DNA of 48,755 bases from a virus (taxonomy: Duplodnaviria; Caudoviricetes), in the IMG/VR virus record IMGVR_UViG_3300035670_000332, positions 1-48,755 of that record, one strand, 5' to 3'. This document shows, piece after piece, positions 35,476 through 44,334 of the stretch. The notes under the pieces are model-generated. The model saw only the letters and a program-made list of their open reading frames with translations. It made no database searches and was not told the origin of the DNA. Numbering within the stretch: position 1 is the first letter of the stretch; every line of letters starts with the position of its first letter. A program made the position numbers and the translations under genes.

Positions 35476-36354
35476 ATGTCAGAGAACATTAACCCTAATA
35501 TTCCAGAAGGTGCAATAATACTAGATTTTAATAAGTATAATAAAATGCCTTCTAGCAGGAAAAAAGTTGCAATAGTTGGATTTGCAAAATCATGGCCAGA
35601 AGCTCCATTCTCCGATGATAGCTTTGAAATTTGGGGATTAAATGAGCTGTACAGATATTTTCAAAAACATAAAGGAACTAGAGCTGATAGATGGTTTGAG
35701 ATACATAATCCGAATTCACCAAGTAAGAACAATCCAGAGCATCATAAATGGCTTGCTAATTGTGGTATTCCTTTGTATATGTGGCAACATTTTGACCAAT
35801 TTCCAACAAGTATGCCATTCCCCAGAGAAGAAGTCAAGGCTATGATTAATAGTAATATGATATTCCCAGGTAATAATGATTGTGAGCAATCAAAAATTGG
35901 TTCTAGGTTTTCAAATTTTAGCAATCAAATAACATGGATGATATTACTTGCTATATACGAAGGTTTTGAAGAGATACACATTTATGGCGTTGATATGGCT
36001 ACTAAAGAAGAGATAAAAACAGCTGATGGTACAATATCGGTTGTAGGTGAATATATATGGCAAAGACCTTCTGTTGAAGCTGTGCTTGGCTATGCTTTAG
36101 GCAAAGGTGTTAAGGTTCTCATACCACAATCAAGTGAATTATGTAAATATCCACAAGATTATGGGTTTGAAACAGATAACCAAACAAGATGCTTCATTAA
36201 AGGACGTAAAAAAGAATTAATACAAACTGATAATAGAATGGCACAGCAAGAAGCACAACTAATGCATCAACTAGAAGCCATTAAGTCTAAACGACAGTCT
36301 ATTCGTGGCAGTATAAATGAAATAAGTTACCAGCTTGGCAATCATATTGTATAG
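35476..36354 (+). CDS. Putative nonulosonic-acid (sialyl)transferase, CstII(GT42)/Maf-like fold
   Basis: KKVAIVG...S, WGLN and A..EGFEEIHIYGVDM parallel CstII KKVIIAGNGPS, FRCN and A.ALGYKEIYLSGIDF. Sits between neuB and neuC; C-terminal coiled coil. Confidence 0.6.
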   Translation: MSENINPNIPEGAIILDFNKYNKMPSSRKKVAIVGFAKSWPEAPFSDDSFEIWGLNELYRYFQKHKGTRADRWFEIHNPNSPSKNNPEHHKWLANCGIPLYMWQHFDQFPTSMPFPREEVKAMINSNMIFPGNNDCEQSKIGSRFSNFSNQITWMILLAIYEGFEEIHIYGVDMATKEEIKTADGTISVVGEYIWQRPSVEAVLGYALGKGVKVLIPQSSELCKYPQDYGFETDNQTRCFIKGRKKELIQTDNRMAQQEAQLMHQLEAIKSKRQSIRGSINEISYQLGNHIV

Positions 36355-36362
36355 GTGGGAAT

Positions 36363-37475
36363 ATGAAAAATATATGTGTAGTACTAACAAATAGAGCACA
36401 TTGGGCACGATTAAAAGCATTATTGCATGAAATAAATAATAATATAGACTTGAACCTTCAACTTATTGTTGGAGGTTCTTGCTTATTAGATAAATATGGT
36501 GAAGTTGTAAAACAAATTGGAAAAGAGTTTAAAGTTATTGACACAATATATTGTGTTGTACAAGGAAACGAACCACAAAATATGGTAGATACTACAGCGT
36601 TGTTGATGAATAAACTAACTACAGTATTTGCAAGAATAAAGCCTGATGTTGTATTGGTTCATGCTGATAGGTATGAACAGCTTGCAGTAGCAATAACGGC
36701 TAGTTATATGAATATTCCTGTAGCACATACGCAAGGCGGAGAAATAACAGGAAGTATTGATGATAAAGTAAGAAATTCTATAACACAACTTGCAGATATA
36801 CACTTCCCTACTACTTATAAAAGCTATATACGAATTAAGAATATGCTTAATGATATAGATAAAATATATCAAGTTGGTTGCAGTTCATTAGACTTAATAC
36901 CGAACGATTTATCAATAAACGAATTTAATGAGAAGTATAAAGATATAGGTGTTGGTTGCGATATTGACTATAATGATCCTTATATTGTAGTAAGTTTTCA
37001 CCCTGATACAACTAAATACAAAGATATGGAACGCCAGACAGAGGAACTAATAAAAGCCATAATTAGTATAAATTTCCCTACTATTTGGCTTTGGTCTAAT
37101 GTTGATGCTGGACACGACGGAATTGAAGGAATGATAAGGCGGTATAGAGAACAAGGAAATTTAAATCATGTTAGATTTATTAAAACATATCCACCTGAGG
37201 ACTTTATACGGCTTATTTATAATTGCAATTGTCTTATTGGTAATACATCAGTAGGCATCAGAGAAGGTAGCTTTTTAGGCATTCCGTATGTTTGTATAGG
37301 TACAAGACAATTAAATCGTGAACATTCAGAAAATACTATACTTTGCCCGATTGAAAGTTTTGCTATATTACATTGTTACAAAATGATTAATAATGAAAGA
37401 TTTGAAAAGTCGAAATTATATGGAGATGGAACAACATCTAAAAAGATTGTGGAGGTATTGAAATGCTTGCAGTAG
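36363..37475 (+). CDS. neuC: UDP-N-acetylglucosamine 2-epimerase (hydrolysing), NeuC/LegG family
   Basis: TNRA, HADRYE, HTQGGEITGSIDDKVRNSITQLA, SFHP, N.DAG, GNTSVGIRE, IGTRQ..R and YGDG motifs. Confidence 0.92.
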   Translation: MKNICVVLTNRAHWARLKALLHEINNNIDLNLQLIVGGSCLLDKYGEVVKQIGKEFKVIDTIYCVVQGNEPQNMVDTTALLMNKLTTVFARIKPDVVLVHADRYEQLAVAITASYMNIPVAHTQGGEITGSIDDKVRNSITQLADIHFPTTYKSYIRIKNMLNDIDKIYQVGCSSLDLIPNDLSINEFNEKYKDIGVGCDIDYNDPYIVVSFHPDTTKYKDMERQTEELIKAIISINFPTIWLWSNVDAGHDGIEGMIRRYREQGNLNHVRFIKTYPPEDFIRLIYNCNCLIGNTSVGIREGSFLGIPYVCIGTRQLNREHSENTILCPIESFAILHCYKMINNERFEKSKLYGDGTTSKKIVEVLKCLQ

Positions 37476-38110
37476 TACCAGCAAGGGCAGGAAGTAAAGG
37501 AATACCAAACAAAAATATATTTCCTTTATGTGATAAACCGCTTATAGAATACACATTAAACGCAATAAAAAATAGTGACCTTGAAGAATACATTATATCA
37601 AGTGATTGCGATAAAATAATAAAAGAATACGAAGCACTTCGCAGACCAAAGGACTTATCACAGGGAGAAAAAGGAAGTATTATAAAAGTCATGAAATATA
37701 TAGCTGAAATATTTCCAAATGAAGATGATTTCATGATTTTACAGCCCACTTCCCCACTCCGTATTTCTGATGATATAAACAAGGCAATGCAAATATATTA
37801 CGAACGTTGTGCAGATAGTCTTTATTCTGGATATAAGTTAAAGTATAAAACCAAAAATAAACTTTATGATAAAAGCGAAAATAAATATCATTTTCAAAGA
37901 AATAGCGCTATTTTTATTTGTCATAGATATGTCATTGAAGAAGGTAAAATATGGACTGATGATGTTATTGAATTTGAAATGCCTGAAAGCAGGAGTATTG
38001 ACATAGATGATTTACACGATATGCATTTTGCTGAGTGCTTGATAAAAGGAGGTATATTGAATAATGGAAATATTGTCAATAATAATATCAATATCGGCAT
38101 TTATCATTAG
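37463..38110 (+). CDS. neuA: CMP-N-acylneuraminate synthetase (cytidylyltransferase)
   Basis: PARAGSKGIPNKN, KPLI, LQPTSPLR and SIDID motifs. Confidence 0.93.
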   Translation: MLAVVPARAGSKGIPNKNIFPLCDKPLIEYTLNAIKNSDLEEYIISSDCDKIIKEYEALRRPKDLSQGEKGSIIKVMKYIAEIFPNEDDFMILQPTSPLRISDDINKAMQIYYERCADSLYSGYKLKYKTKNKLYDKSENKYHFQRNSAIFICHRYVIEEGKIWTDDVIEFEMPESRSIDIDDLHDMHFAECLIKGGILNNGNIVNNNINIGIYH

Positions 38111-38216
38111 TATATGGACTTATATAGTTGTTGATTATAAAAAAGATGCAAAGAAACCAGACCCATTTAAAGAATGGCGTCAACCGAATGGGTTATTAGG
38201 TAGGAGGAGAAAGTAA
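38064..38216 (+). CDS. Small single-TM protein (50 aa, not in ORF track)
   Basis: MEILSIIISISAFIISIWTYIVV...; AAGGAGG RBS; stop codon overlaps the next ATG. Confidence 0.6.
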   Translation: MEILSIIISISAFIISIWTYIVVDYKKDAKKPDPFKEWRQPNGLLGRRRK

Positions 38217-38482
38217 TGGATATATGTAAAATTAAATGTGCTCATGATTATAACGGAAAACCTTGTATAGGTACACTATCATTTTTGTTTAAAGGTAATG
38301 GAATATTATCAAAAAGCAGCGAGACCACACAAGAAATGCTAGATAATTTTGAAATTGCAATTGAAGCTAAATGCACATGTTGTAAACGTAAAACCTTTAT
38401 ACTATTCCCATTTCAATCTGAAACATTTCCACCAGAACCCGAAGATGTATTTCAACCAGAAGAATTAGAAGAACTTGAATAA
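38216..38482 (+). CDS. Small zinc-ribbon-like protein with an acidic tail
   Basis: IKC...C and IEAKCTCCKRKT (Mu Com-like pattern); directly upstream of the portal gene. Confidence 0.55.
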   Translation: MDICKIKCAHDYNGKPCIGTLSFLFKGNGILSKSSETTQEMLDNFEIAIEAKCTCCKRKTFILFPFQSETFPPEPEDVFQPEELEELE

Positions 38483-38498
38483 GTAACTAAACCCTTTG

Positions 38499-38530
38499 AG
38501 GGCATATCTAAACGGTATGCCCTATTTTTT
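38499..38530 (+). terminator. Hairpin plus T-tract before the portal gene
   Basis: AGGGCATA-TCTAAACGG-TATGCCCT followed by A-T6. Confidence 0.7.
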
Positions 38531-38554
38531 ATGTTCTGGAAGGAGGATAAATAA

Positions 38555-40459
38555 TTGGATTATAAAGACGGCAAAGAAACCAAATATAAATACAAAGAAG
38601 AGTTTATGACAGATGAAGAAATATCAGAAATAAATGATTATATTGGTAAGTTAAACGATGTAAAAGGCGATATGAACGATCTTTACGACGAATGGGCAGA
38701 TATAGAAAAATATTACCAGAACGAACAAGAAGATAAGTCTGATATGCCTAATACTAAAATTAATGTTATGAATGCAAATATAGAAGGACAAGCAGCGATG
38801 ATTACCGAACAGGATATCGCAATCATGACAAAAGGTGAGTCCGTTGATGATGAAGATTTTGCAGAGGATGCAAGAATTGGACTTGAATGGACATTGAGGA
38901 AGAATTACTTCAAAAATGTATCAAGAGCATATATAAGAAGATTGCTTAAATATGGTGTTGGTGTATACAGTCTTTATTTTGACGAAGAAGCTTTAAATAA
39001 ATTTGGACTTGTTAAGATATTCCCTGTTCCAACTAATAGAATATTTATTGATACAAAGATAAAAGACTTCCTAAGATTGCAAGAAGCCGAATATATCGCT
39101 GAAGCTATAACAATGTCTAAAACACAATTTGAGGATATATATGGTGAAGATAAAGCGAGTGTTGTTTCATATGGTTCAACCGACAGCGTTGTTGATGATG
39201 TATTTGAGATTGACGATGATACAGACGATGACTCAGCAAATGTTATTAAGTTATGGACAAGACATAAAGGCAAATTACGGCTAAGAGAGTTCTCGGGTTG
39301 TGGTGTGCTTTTATACGATAGCCATAAATCAGGGGATAGAAAAACAAACCAAAAGGATAACAAATATACTCATAAGCCTTATTATAAATACGTTGACAAT
39401 AAATACCCTTACTTCATGACTGTACTTTACCCAAGAGAAGGAAACTTGTGGGGTTATGGTGATGGCAAGCTACTTCTCCCCTTGCAGAAACTTTTAAATG
39501 AGTTATACGACAAAATAAGAATATGTGCAAGACCTAATTTGATTATGTTTGATATTAATGCTGATGCTGAACTTGATGATTTTGACGAGAACGCTTTAAC
39601 ACCTAGACCATTTGACGGTCAAGCTTCTCCAGACCCTGTTAGAACTTATCCATGGGGCGTAATAAACGAAGCATGGTGGAGATTGCTCATGAATATCCAC
39701 GAAGAGATACAAAGAATTACAAGGTTCTCTGGTTTGATGATGGGTCAACAGCGTTCAAGTGATACAGCGACCGAAGCAGCTATTCAACAACAACAGGGTA
39801 ATATGGCTACTGACGATAAGAAACAAATGATACAAACTACACTTACACAGATGATGGAATACATTCTAGCACTTATGATGGAATTCTATACAGAAGGCAA
39901 GTCATTTAGAGTTAACCAAGAAGAAAACGAATACAAATGGATTGATTTTAGAAAAATGTCAAATGTTCCTGTTAAAATTCCTGCTTCACAGGATTTTGTA
40001 AATTCTTATATGGAGTCTAACCCATTATCTGATATTCCTAAATGGGAACTACTAACAGATAGCAAAGGCAGTCCAATCGGTAAAAATGTTGACCTTGACA
40101 TTGACGTTTCTATAGGTGCAGGACTTCCAAAGAATAAGGCATTTATTACTAAGTTTATACAAGACCTTGCTGTGGTTCAATTACCTGATGAAATGGGTCA
40201 AGTTCGTCCTGCTGTATTCTGGAAAGAATTTAGAGATTTCATGAAAAAGTATATCGGGTTACCGCTTAAAGATGTTGACGAGATAATGAATAATATGATG
40301 CCAATGCAACAAGGTATTCCTGGTCAAATGCCAATGGCGCAAGGTATTCCAGGACAACCTGTAATGAGTGCAGATGCTCAGGGATTAGGCGCTAATGGTG
40401 GAGTTCAACAAAGCCAAACATCTGATATGGCTTCAAGGGTTGGTGGTATTCTTGGCTAG
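38555..40459 (+). CDS. Portal protein (P22-like)
   Basis: 634 aa. KIN.M..NIEG..A, YG.G, LWGYG....L..LQ..LN and TATEAAI motifs; Q/P/M-rich tail; lies between terL and scaffold. Confidence 0.88.
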   Translation: MDYKDGKETKYKYKEEFMTDEEISEINDYIGKLNDVKGDMNDLYDEWADIEKYYQNEQEDKSDMPNTKINVMNANIEGQAAMITEQDIAIMTKGESVDDEDFAEDARIGLEWTLRKNYFKNVSRAYIRRLLKYGVGVYSLYFDEEALNKFGLVKIFPVPTNRIFIDTKIKDFLRLQEAEYIAEAITMSKTQFEDIYGEDKASVVSYGSTDSVVDDVFEIDDDTDDDSANVIKLWTRHKGKLRLREFSGCGVLLYDSHKSGDRKTNQKDNKYTHKPYYKYVDNKYPYFMTVLYPREGNLWGYGDGKLLLPLQKLLNELYDKIRICARPNLIMFDINADAELDDFDENALTPRPFDGQASPDPVRTYPWGVINEAWWRLLMNIHEEIQRITRFSGLMMGQQRSSDTATEAAIQQQQGNMATDDKKQMIQTTLTQMMEYILALMMEFYTEGKSFRVNQEENEYKWIDFRKMSNVPVKIPASQDFVNSYMESNPLSDIPKWELLTDSKGSPIGKNVDLDIDVSIGAGLPKNKAFITKFIQDLAVVQLPDEMGQVRPAVFWKEFRDFMKKYIGLPLKDVDEIMNNMMPMQQGIPGQMPMAQGIPGQPVMSADAQGLGANGGVQQSQTSDMASRVGGILG

Positions 40460-40799
40460 TGTAGCAGAACACAATCAATTACTTAAAGTTTGTTTTGATG
40501 GAAACAAGCATCTTAAACATGTCATGACCTCAAATGAAATACACAAAATGACATTGATAGAAGAAAAATATCCACTTTCAAGATTGCCAGTGTGCGGAGG
40601 TTGTGAAAAACTTGCGTACTGGCATCATAACCACACAGCTTATTGCCCTTCATGCGGAACAATAACCAAAGTGCCCATTACATATGCAAGTTATTTAGCT
40701 AGTGGGTACGATGTTGACGCTACAGGGAACACGGCTAGAATGGTACTTGAAAAGGAAAGATCAAAAAGATCATTAATAATTCCGAACTTTGGAGAATAG
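40395..40799 (+). CDS. Zinc-ribbon hypothetical protein
   Basis: CGGC...CPSCG; true start is probably near the portal stop codon. Confidence 0.55.
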   Translation: MVEFNKAKHLIWLQGLVVFLASVAEHNQLLKVCFDGNKHLKHVMTSNEIHKMTLIEEKYPLSRLPVCGGCEKLAYWHHNHTAYCPSCGTITKVPITYASYLASGYDVDATGNTARMVLEKERSKRSLIIPNFGE

Positions 40800-40810
40800 G
40801 AGGAAGTGTT

Positions 40811-41170
40811 TTGTATATCTTGAATTGTAAAAATCTTGATAGGGATTATTCAAAACTTGATTATAAACTCAAAGAAATGAAACCTATCAAAGAACTTGGA
40901 TTGCCAGAAGAATTCTATGGCGGTCAAGTGTCACATATAGCCTCAACAGAATTTCAAAATATATTAATCCTACTAACAAATAAAATTGATGGATTAAGAG
41001 TAGTAGATGTGGCAGTTAAAGACCTAAACAGATTAACACTGGAGTCGTTGAAAACAATAGCCATTGGGAAAGGTTATAAGAAGGAACTGGATAAACCAGA
41101 GAATGAAAAAATAACCAAAGATCAAATCATTAAAATGATTAGTCAAAATTTAATCGAGGTTGCTATATAG
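40811..41170 (+). CDS. Hypothetical protein with a Rho-N/HeH-like C-terminus
   Basis: LTLESLKTIA..KG....ITKDQIIKMI. Confidence 0.55.
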   Translation: MYILNCKNLDRDYSKLDYKLKEMKPIKELGLPEEFYGGQVSHIASTEFQNILILLTNKIDGLRVVDVAVKDLNRLTLESLKTIAIGKGYKKELDKPENEKITKDQIIKMISQNLIEVAI

Positions 41171-41181
41171 CAATCTTTTTT
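41157..41181 (+). terminator. Rho-independent terminator
   Basis: GAGGTTGC-TATATA-GCAATCTT followed by a T-tract. Confidence 0.65.
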
Positions 41182-41306
41182 ATTGCGGTTATTCCGTGTA
41201 AAACACGTCAAGGAAAAGACGGTTTAAAACCCCTTTTTAGATGAAATAAAGGTATTAAAATTCATTTATTATACGTTGATTACGGTTAATAATCAGGAGG
41301 TATCTT

Positions 41307-42059
41307 ATGAAAGATTTATTTAGAAGTCCACTATGGAATAACGACGATGATTATAGCGGTGGCGAAGGTGAAATTGAAACTGATGTTTCTGAAATTGAAG
41401 AAGTGCAAGAACATGGAGAAAATGAAGATGAACAGGAAGTTAATCTTGATGAATATATACCCAAAAATGTTGCGCTACAATGGAAAAAAGAACTAAAAGA
41501 AAGTCGAAATCAGTTAAATCAATACAAAGTAAAAGAAATGGAAGAAAGTAAATCCAAGTCACTCGAAAGAATTAAGCGTATGGCTATTGATAAAGGTTAC
41601 GATGAAGAATTTGCGCATTTCTTCTCAGAAGCTGCAAGTGAAATACTTGCAACAATACCACAAACGCATGACCCTATTTCAGACGAAGTTGAAGCAGAAC
41701 TTGAAGATATTGGCGATAAAGAACTATTTGCAATGAAAAAAGAAATCGTAAGTAAAGTCAAAAAGTATCGTAAGGCAGATCCTGACTTCTCAATTGAAGA
41801 TGCAATAAAGCTAATCGGTAAACAACCAAAATCTAAAAAGTCCGAAAAAGAAATTGAACTTGAAGTCGAACAAAGACAAGCCGTTGCAAGACGTTACAAC
41901 GACAAACAACCTGTTACTTCTTCTGGTTCTAGTGTAAAAGAAAAATATCCAATGTCATCAGATGATATAAGGGTATGGAAACAACTCAACGCAGACGACC
42001 CCAAAAGATGGACAAAAGAAAAATATTACAATCTTATGATTAAGAATAAAAGGAGATGA
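41307..42059 (+). CDS. Capsid scaffolding protein
   Basis: 250 aa, acidic N-terminus and coiled coil; upstream of the capsid genes. Confidence 0.75.
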   Translation: MKDLFRSPLWNNDDDYSGGEGEIETDVSEIEEVQEHGENEDEQEVNLDEYIPKNVALQWKKELKESRNQLNQYKVKEMEESKSKSLERIKRMAIDKGYDEEFAHFFSEAASEILATIPQTHDPISDEVEAELEDIGDKELFAMKKEIVSKVKKYRKADPDFSIEDAIKLIGKQPKSKKSEKEIELEVEQRQAVARRYNDKQPVTSSGSSVKEKYPMSSDDIRVWKQLNADDPKRWTKEKYYNLMIKNKRR

Positions 42060-42065
42060 ATTTAA

Positions 42066-42656
42066 ATGGCAATTAGACCCGTTAATTGTACATTACAGGG
42101 AAGATATATACCGCTTATACCTACTGGTCAAAGTTCCTCGTTATTGCCTTTGAGCAGTGATGCTTTTAAGCTTGTTGTTACAAGTTCAAACCAAGGAGCA
42201 TTACTTGCGCCCACCTCTGCAACTGCATTGCTTTCTACAGCACAGGCAGGGTTTAACGTAGCAGGAATATTCATAAAACCAGAATACGAAAACGACGCAA
42301 GCTCATGTTCAACATTTGGTTCGACATCGGCTAAGTTATGGATTCAACCAATTATGCACGGTGATATTTTAGAAGCTGATTATTCAACCGCTTCCAGTTG
42401 TTCTTCTGGAACTACTGGAGATTTCCATACTACTAATATTGGTATGTATTACAGAGTTGGACACAGTTCAGACTCTACAACTCAAGCTCTTAAAGCTGGT
42501 GCTGCTGCATTCATTAACGCAACTACTGGAACTAATGCCCCTGCATTTGCTACAGGTAGACAGTTTAAGCTTATAAGCTATAGCACTGATGCCAAGAAAT
42601 GCGTTGTTATGTACCATGAAAGAGCACCATGGATGGAATACGCACCAAGTTCATAA
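42066..42656 (+). CDS. Capsid cement/decoration protein, Ser/Thr-rich
   Basis: Lies between scaffold and MCP; about 23% S+T by hand count. Confidence 0.6.
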   Translation: MAIRPVNCTLQGRYIPLIPTGQSSSLLPLSSDAFKLVVTSSNQGALLAPTSATALLSTAQAGFNVAGIFIKPEYENDASSCSTFGSTSAKLWIQPIMHGDILEADYSTASSCSSGTTGDFHTTNIGMYYRVGHSSDSTTQALKAGAAAFINATTGTNAPAFATGRQFKLISYSTDAKKCVVMYHERAPWMEYAPSS

Positions 42657-42686
42657 TATTTTTTGTTATAAAGGAGATGAAAACAA

Positions 42687-43592
42687 ATGGCAAATACTCT
42701 TACTTCCGATATTTCCAGAATGCTAGAAGCTGGAATTACCGACGTATTTACTACAAACTTTGAAAGTTATCCTATAGAGTACACAAGCTTTACTACTGCT
42801 AAACAAGCAAATAAAGAAACAATGATTTATGACAGCATGGGCAATATTGGAGCTGCTACAATCAAGACCGAAGGCGACAAAATAAGTTACAAAAATATTG
42901 AACAGGCTTATCAGACAACTGTTAAGATGAAAACTATTACAAATGGTATCAGGTTCTCAATTGAAGCCAAGTCGTATGATTTGTATAAGGTTACTGCTGA
43001 GGCACAGGCTAAGGAACTTGCTAGAACTATGAGGGACTTTGAAGAAGATAGAGCTATCAGATGGATTGACAATGTTTCTTCTGCCGCTTATGCTCTTTCT
43101 GACGGACAACCATTGGCAACTAACAGCAGACCTCTTAAAAATGCTCCTGGCGTTTTTAATGATACTTATGCAACTGCTTCCTCATTGACTGACCCTGAAA
43201 ATCATAAGACTATGATTAAAATGTTCGCTGACTTCAAAAACCATGCAGGCACTCCGATGAAATCATACCCAACTAACGGAATGACTCATAGATATAACAT
43301 GGCTGACATTGAAGAAATTTATCAATCCGACAGAAAAGCTAACGAAATGTCAAACACTAAGAATGTACTTCCAACTATCAAATGGACTTACAGCACTTAT
43401 ATGTCTGATACTAACGCTTGGGGCATGTGGGACAATAGATTTGAACATATCTTATTCGTAAAATTCAAAGACACTTATACCAACTCTGGCGAAGACAAAG
43501 AAGAAACTCTTGATTTCTGGTACAATGCCGTTGCAATGTATGAGACATGTGCATTACCTAACATTGGATTTATTTGGAACGACGGATTATAA
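42687..43592 (+). CDS. Major capsid protein (Mu gpT-like, HK97 fold)
   Basis: 301 aa. K.EG..I.Y, S.EA..YDLY, LARTM and DGQPL motifs; strong RBS; terminator follows. Confidence 0.85.
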   Translation: MANTLTSDISRMLEAGITDVFTTNFESYPIEYTSFTTAKQANKETMIYDSMGNIGAATIKTEGDKISYKNIEQAYQTTVKMKTITNGIRFSIEAKSYDLYKVTAEAQAKELARTMRDFEEDRAIRWIDNVSSAAYALSDGQPLATNSRPLKNAPGVFNDTYATASSLTDPENHKTMIKMFADFKNHAGTPMKSYPTNGMTHRYNMADIEEIYQSDRKANEMSNTKNVLPTIKWTYSTYMSDTNAWGMWDNRFEHILFVKFKDTYTNSGEDKEETLDFWYNAVAMYETCALPNIGFIWNDGL

Positions 43593-43602
43593 TAATTAAT
43601 TT

Positions 43603-43625
43603 GGGGGCGTAATGCCCCCCTTTTT
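43603..43625 (+). terminator. Terminator GGGGGCGTAATGCCCCC, copy 1
   Basis: Hairpin plus T-tract after the MCP gene. Confidence 0.9.
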
Positions 43626-43642
43626 ATGGAAGAGGTGAAATA

Positions 43643-44284
43643 ATGGGCAAAAAATATGTAATGGCTAATGGTGCAGATTTTTATTCACAGAATGGCTCAA
43701 CCGAATTTAAAGTTATTGGGTCAACTGGTGATATAACTGCACAGGCATTATATGCAGGAAGCACAAGCCATATTGTTGTAGATAGTTCGGGTAATATTTT
43801 GCTTGGTTCATCCGGTAAATTATTTACAGGTTCTACCGACTCGACTAATGTTGCCGTAGATAGTTCTGGTCAATTATACTATAGAGGTTACGACATCGCA
43901 AATAGCATTCAAACTCTTACTTCTGGTGCTGGTTCTTCGGCTTCTCAAATAACTGGCTATGGCGTTACTATACACACAGGAGACACAGGAACCAGTTTGC
44001 AAATGGCTGCACCTGCATATGCTGGCGCAAGAAAAACTATAATCTTTACAAAAGGCTCATCTATAGCAAGGACAATCGACTCAACTAATACAACTGGGTC
44101 GACTGACAATGATAGAGGTTGGAGTTTTTATAACCCCGGTGTAAGCACTAACAGCTCTGGTATAACATTGACAACTGGAACAACTGGAGGAGCAACCCTT
44201 GAATTTATAGCTGTAACGACTAAACAATGGGCATTGTTACCTGCTGGAACTTCTACTCCGGTTTATACATTAGCAACAACCTAA
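43643..44284 (+). CDS. Ser/Thr/Gly-rich virion structural protein (head fibre/decoration)
   Basis: 213 aa, about 30% S+T by hand count; directly after MCP. Confidence 0.6.
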   Translation: MGKKYVMANGADFYSQNGSTEFKVIGSTGDITAQALYAGSTSHIVVDSSGNILLGSSGKLFTGSTDSTNVAVDSSGQLYYRGYDIANSIQTLTSGAGSSASQITGYGVTIHTGDTGTSLQMAAPAYAGARKTIIFTKGSSIARTIDSTNTTGSTDNDRGWSFYNPGVSTNSSGITLTTGTTGGATLEFIAVTTKQWALLPAGTSTPVYTLATT

Positions 44285-44289
44285 TATAA

Positions 44290-44315
44290 GGGGGCGTAAT
44301 GCCCCCTATTTTTTT
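44290..44315 (+). terminator. Terminator GGGGGCGTAATGCCCCC, copy 2
   Basis: 17-bp hairpin identical to the one at 43603. Confidence 0.9.
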
Positions 44316-44334
44316 GTAAAAAAGTAGGTGTTAT

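Noticed and set aside
33044-38110. neu cassette as host contamination or a misassembled capsule locus
   Set aside because: The genes are coupled to flanking phage-type small ORFs, share the phage RBS style and AT content, and lack transport or polymerase genes. Read coverage should still be checked.
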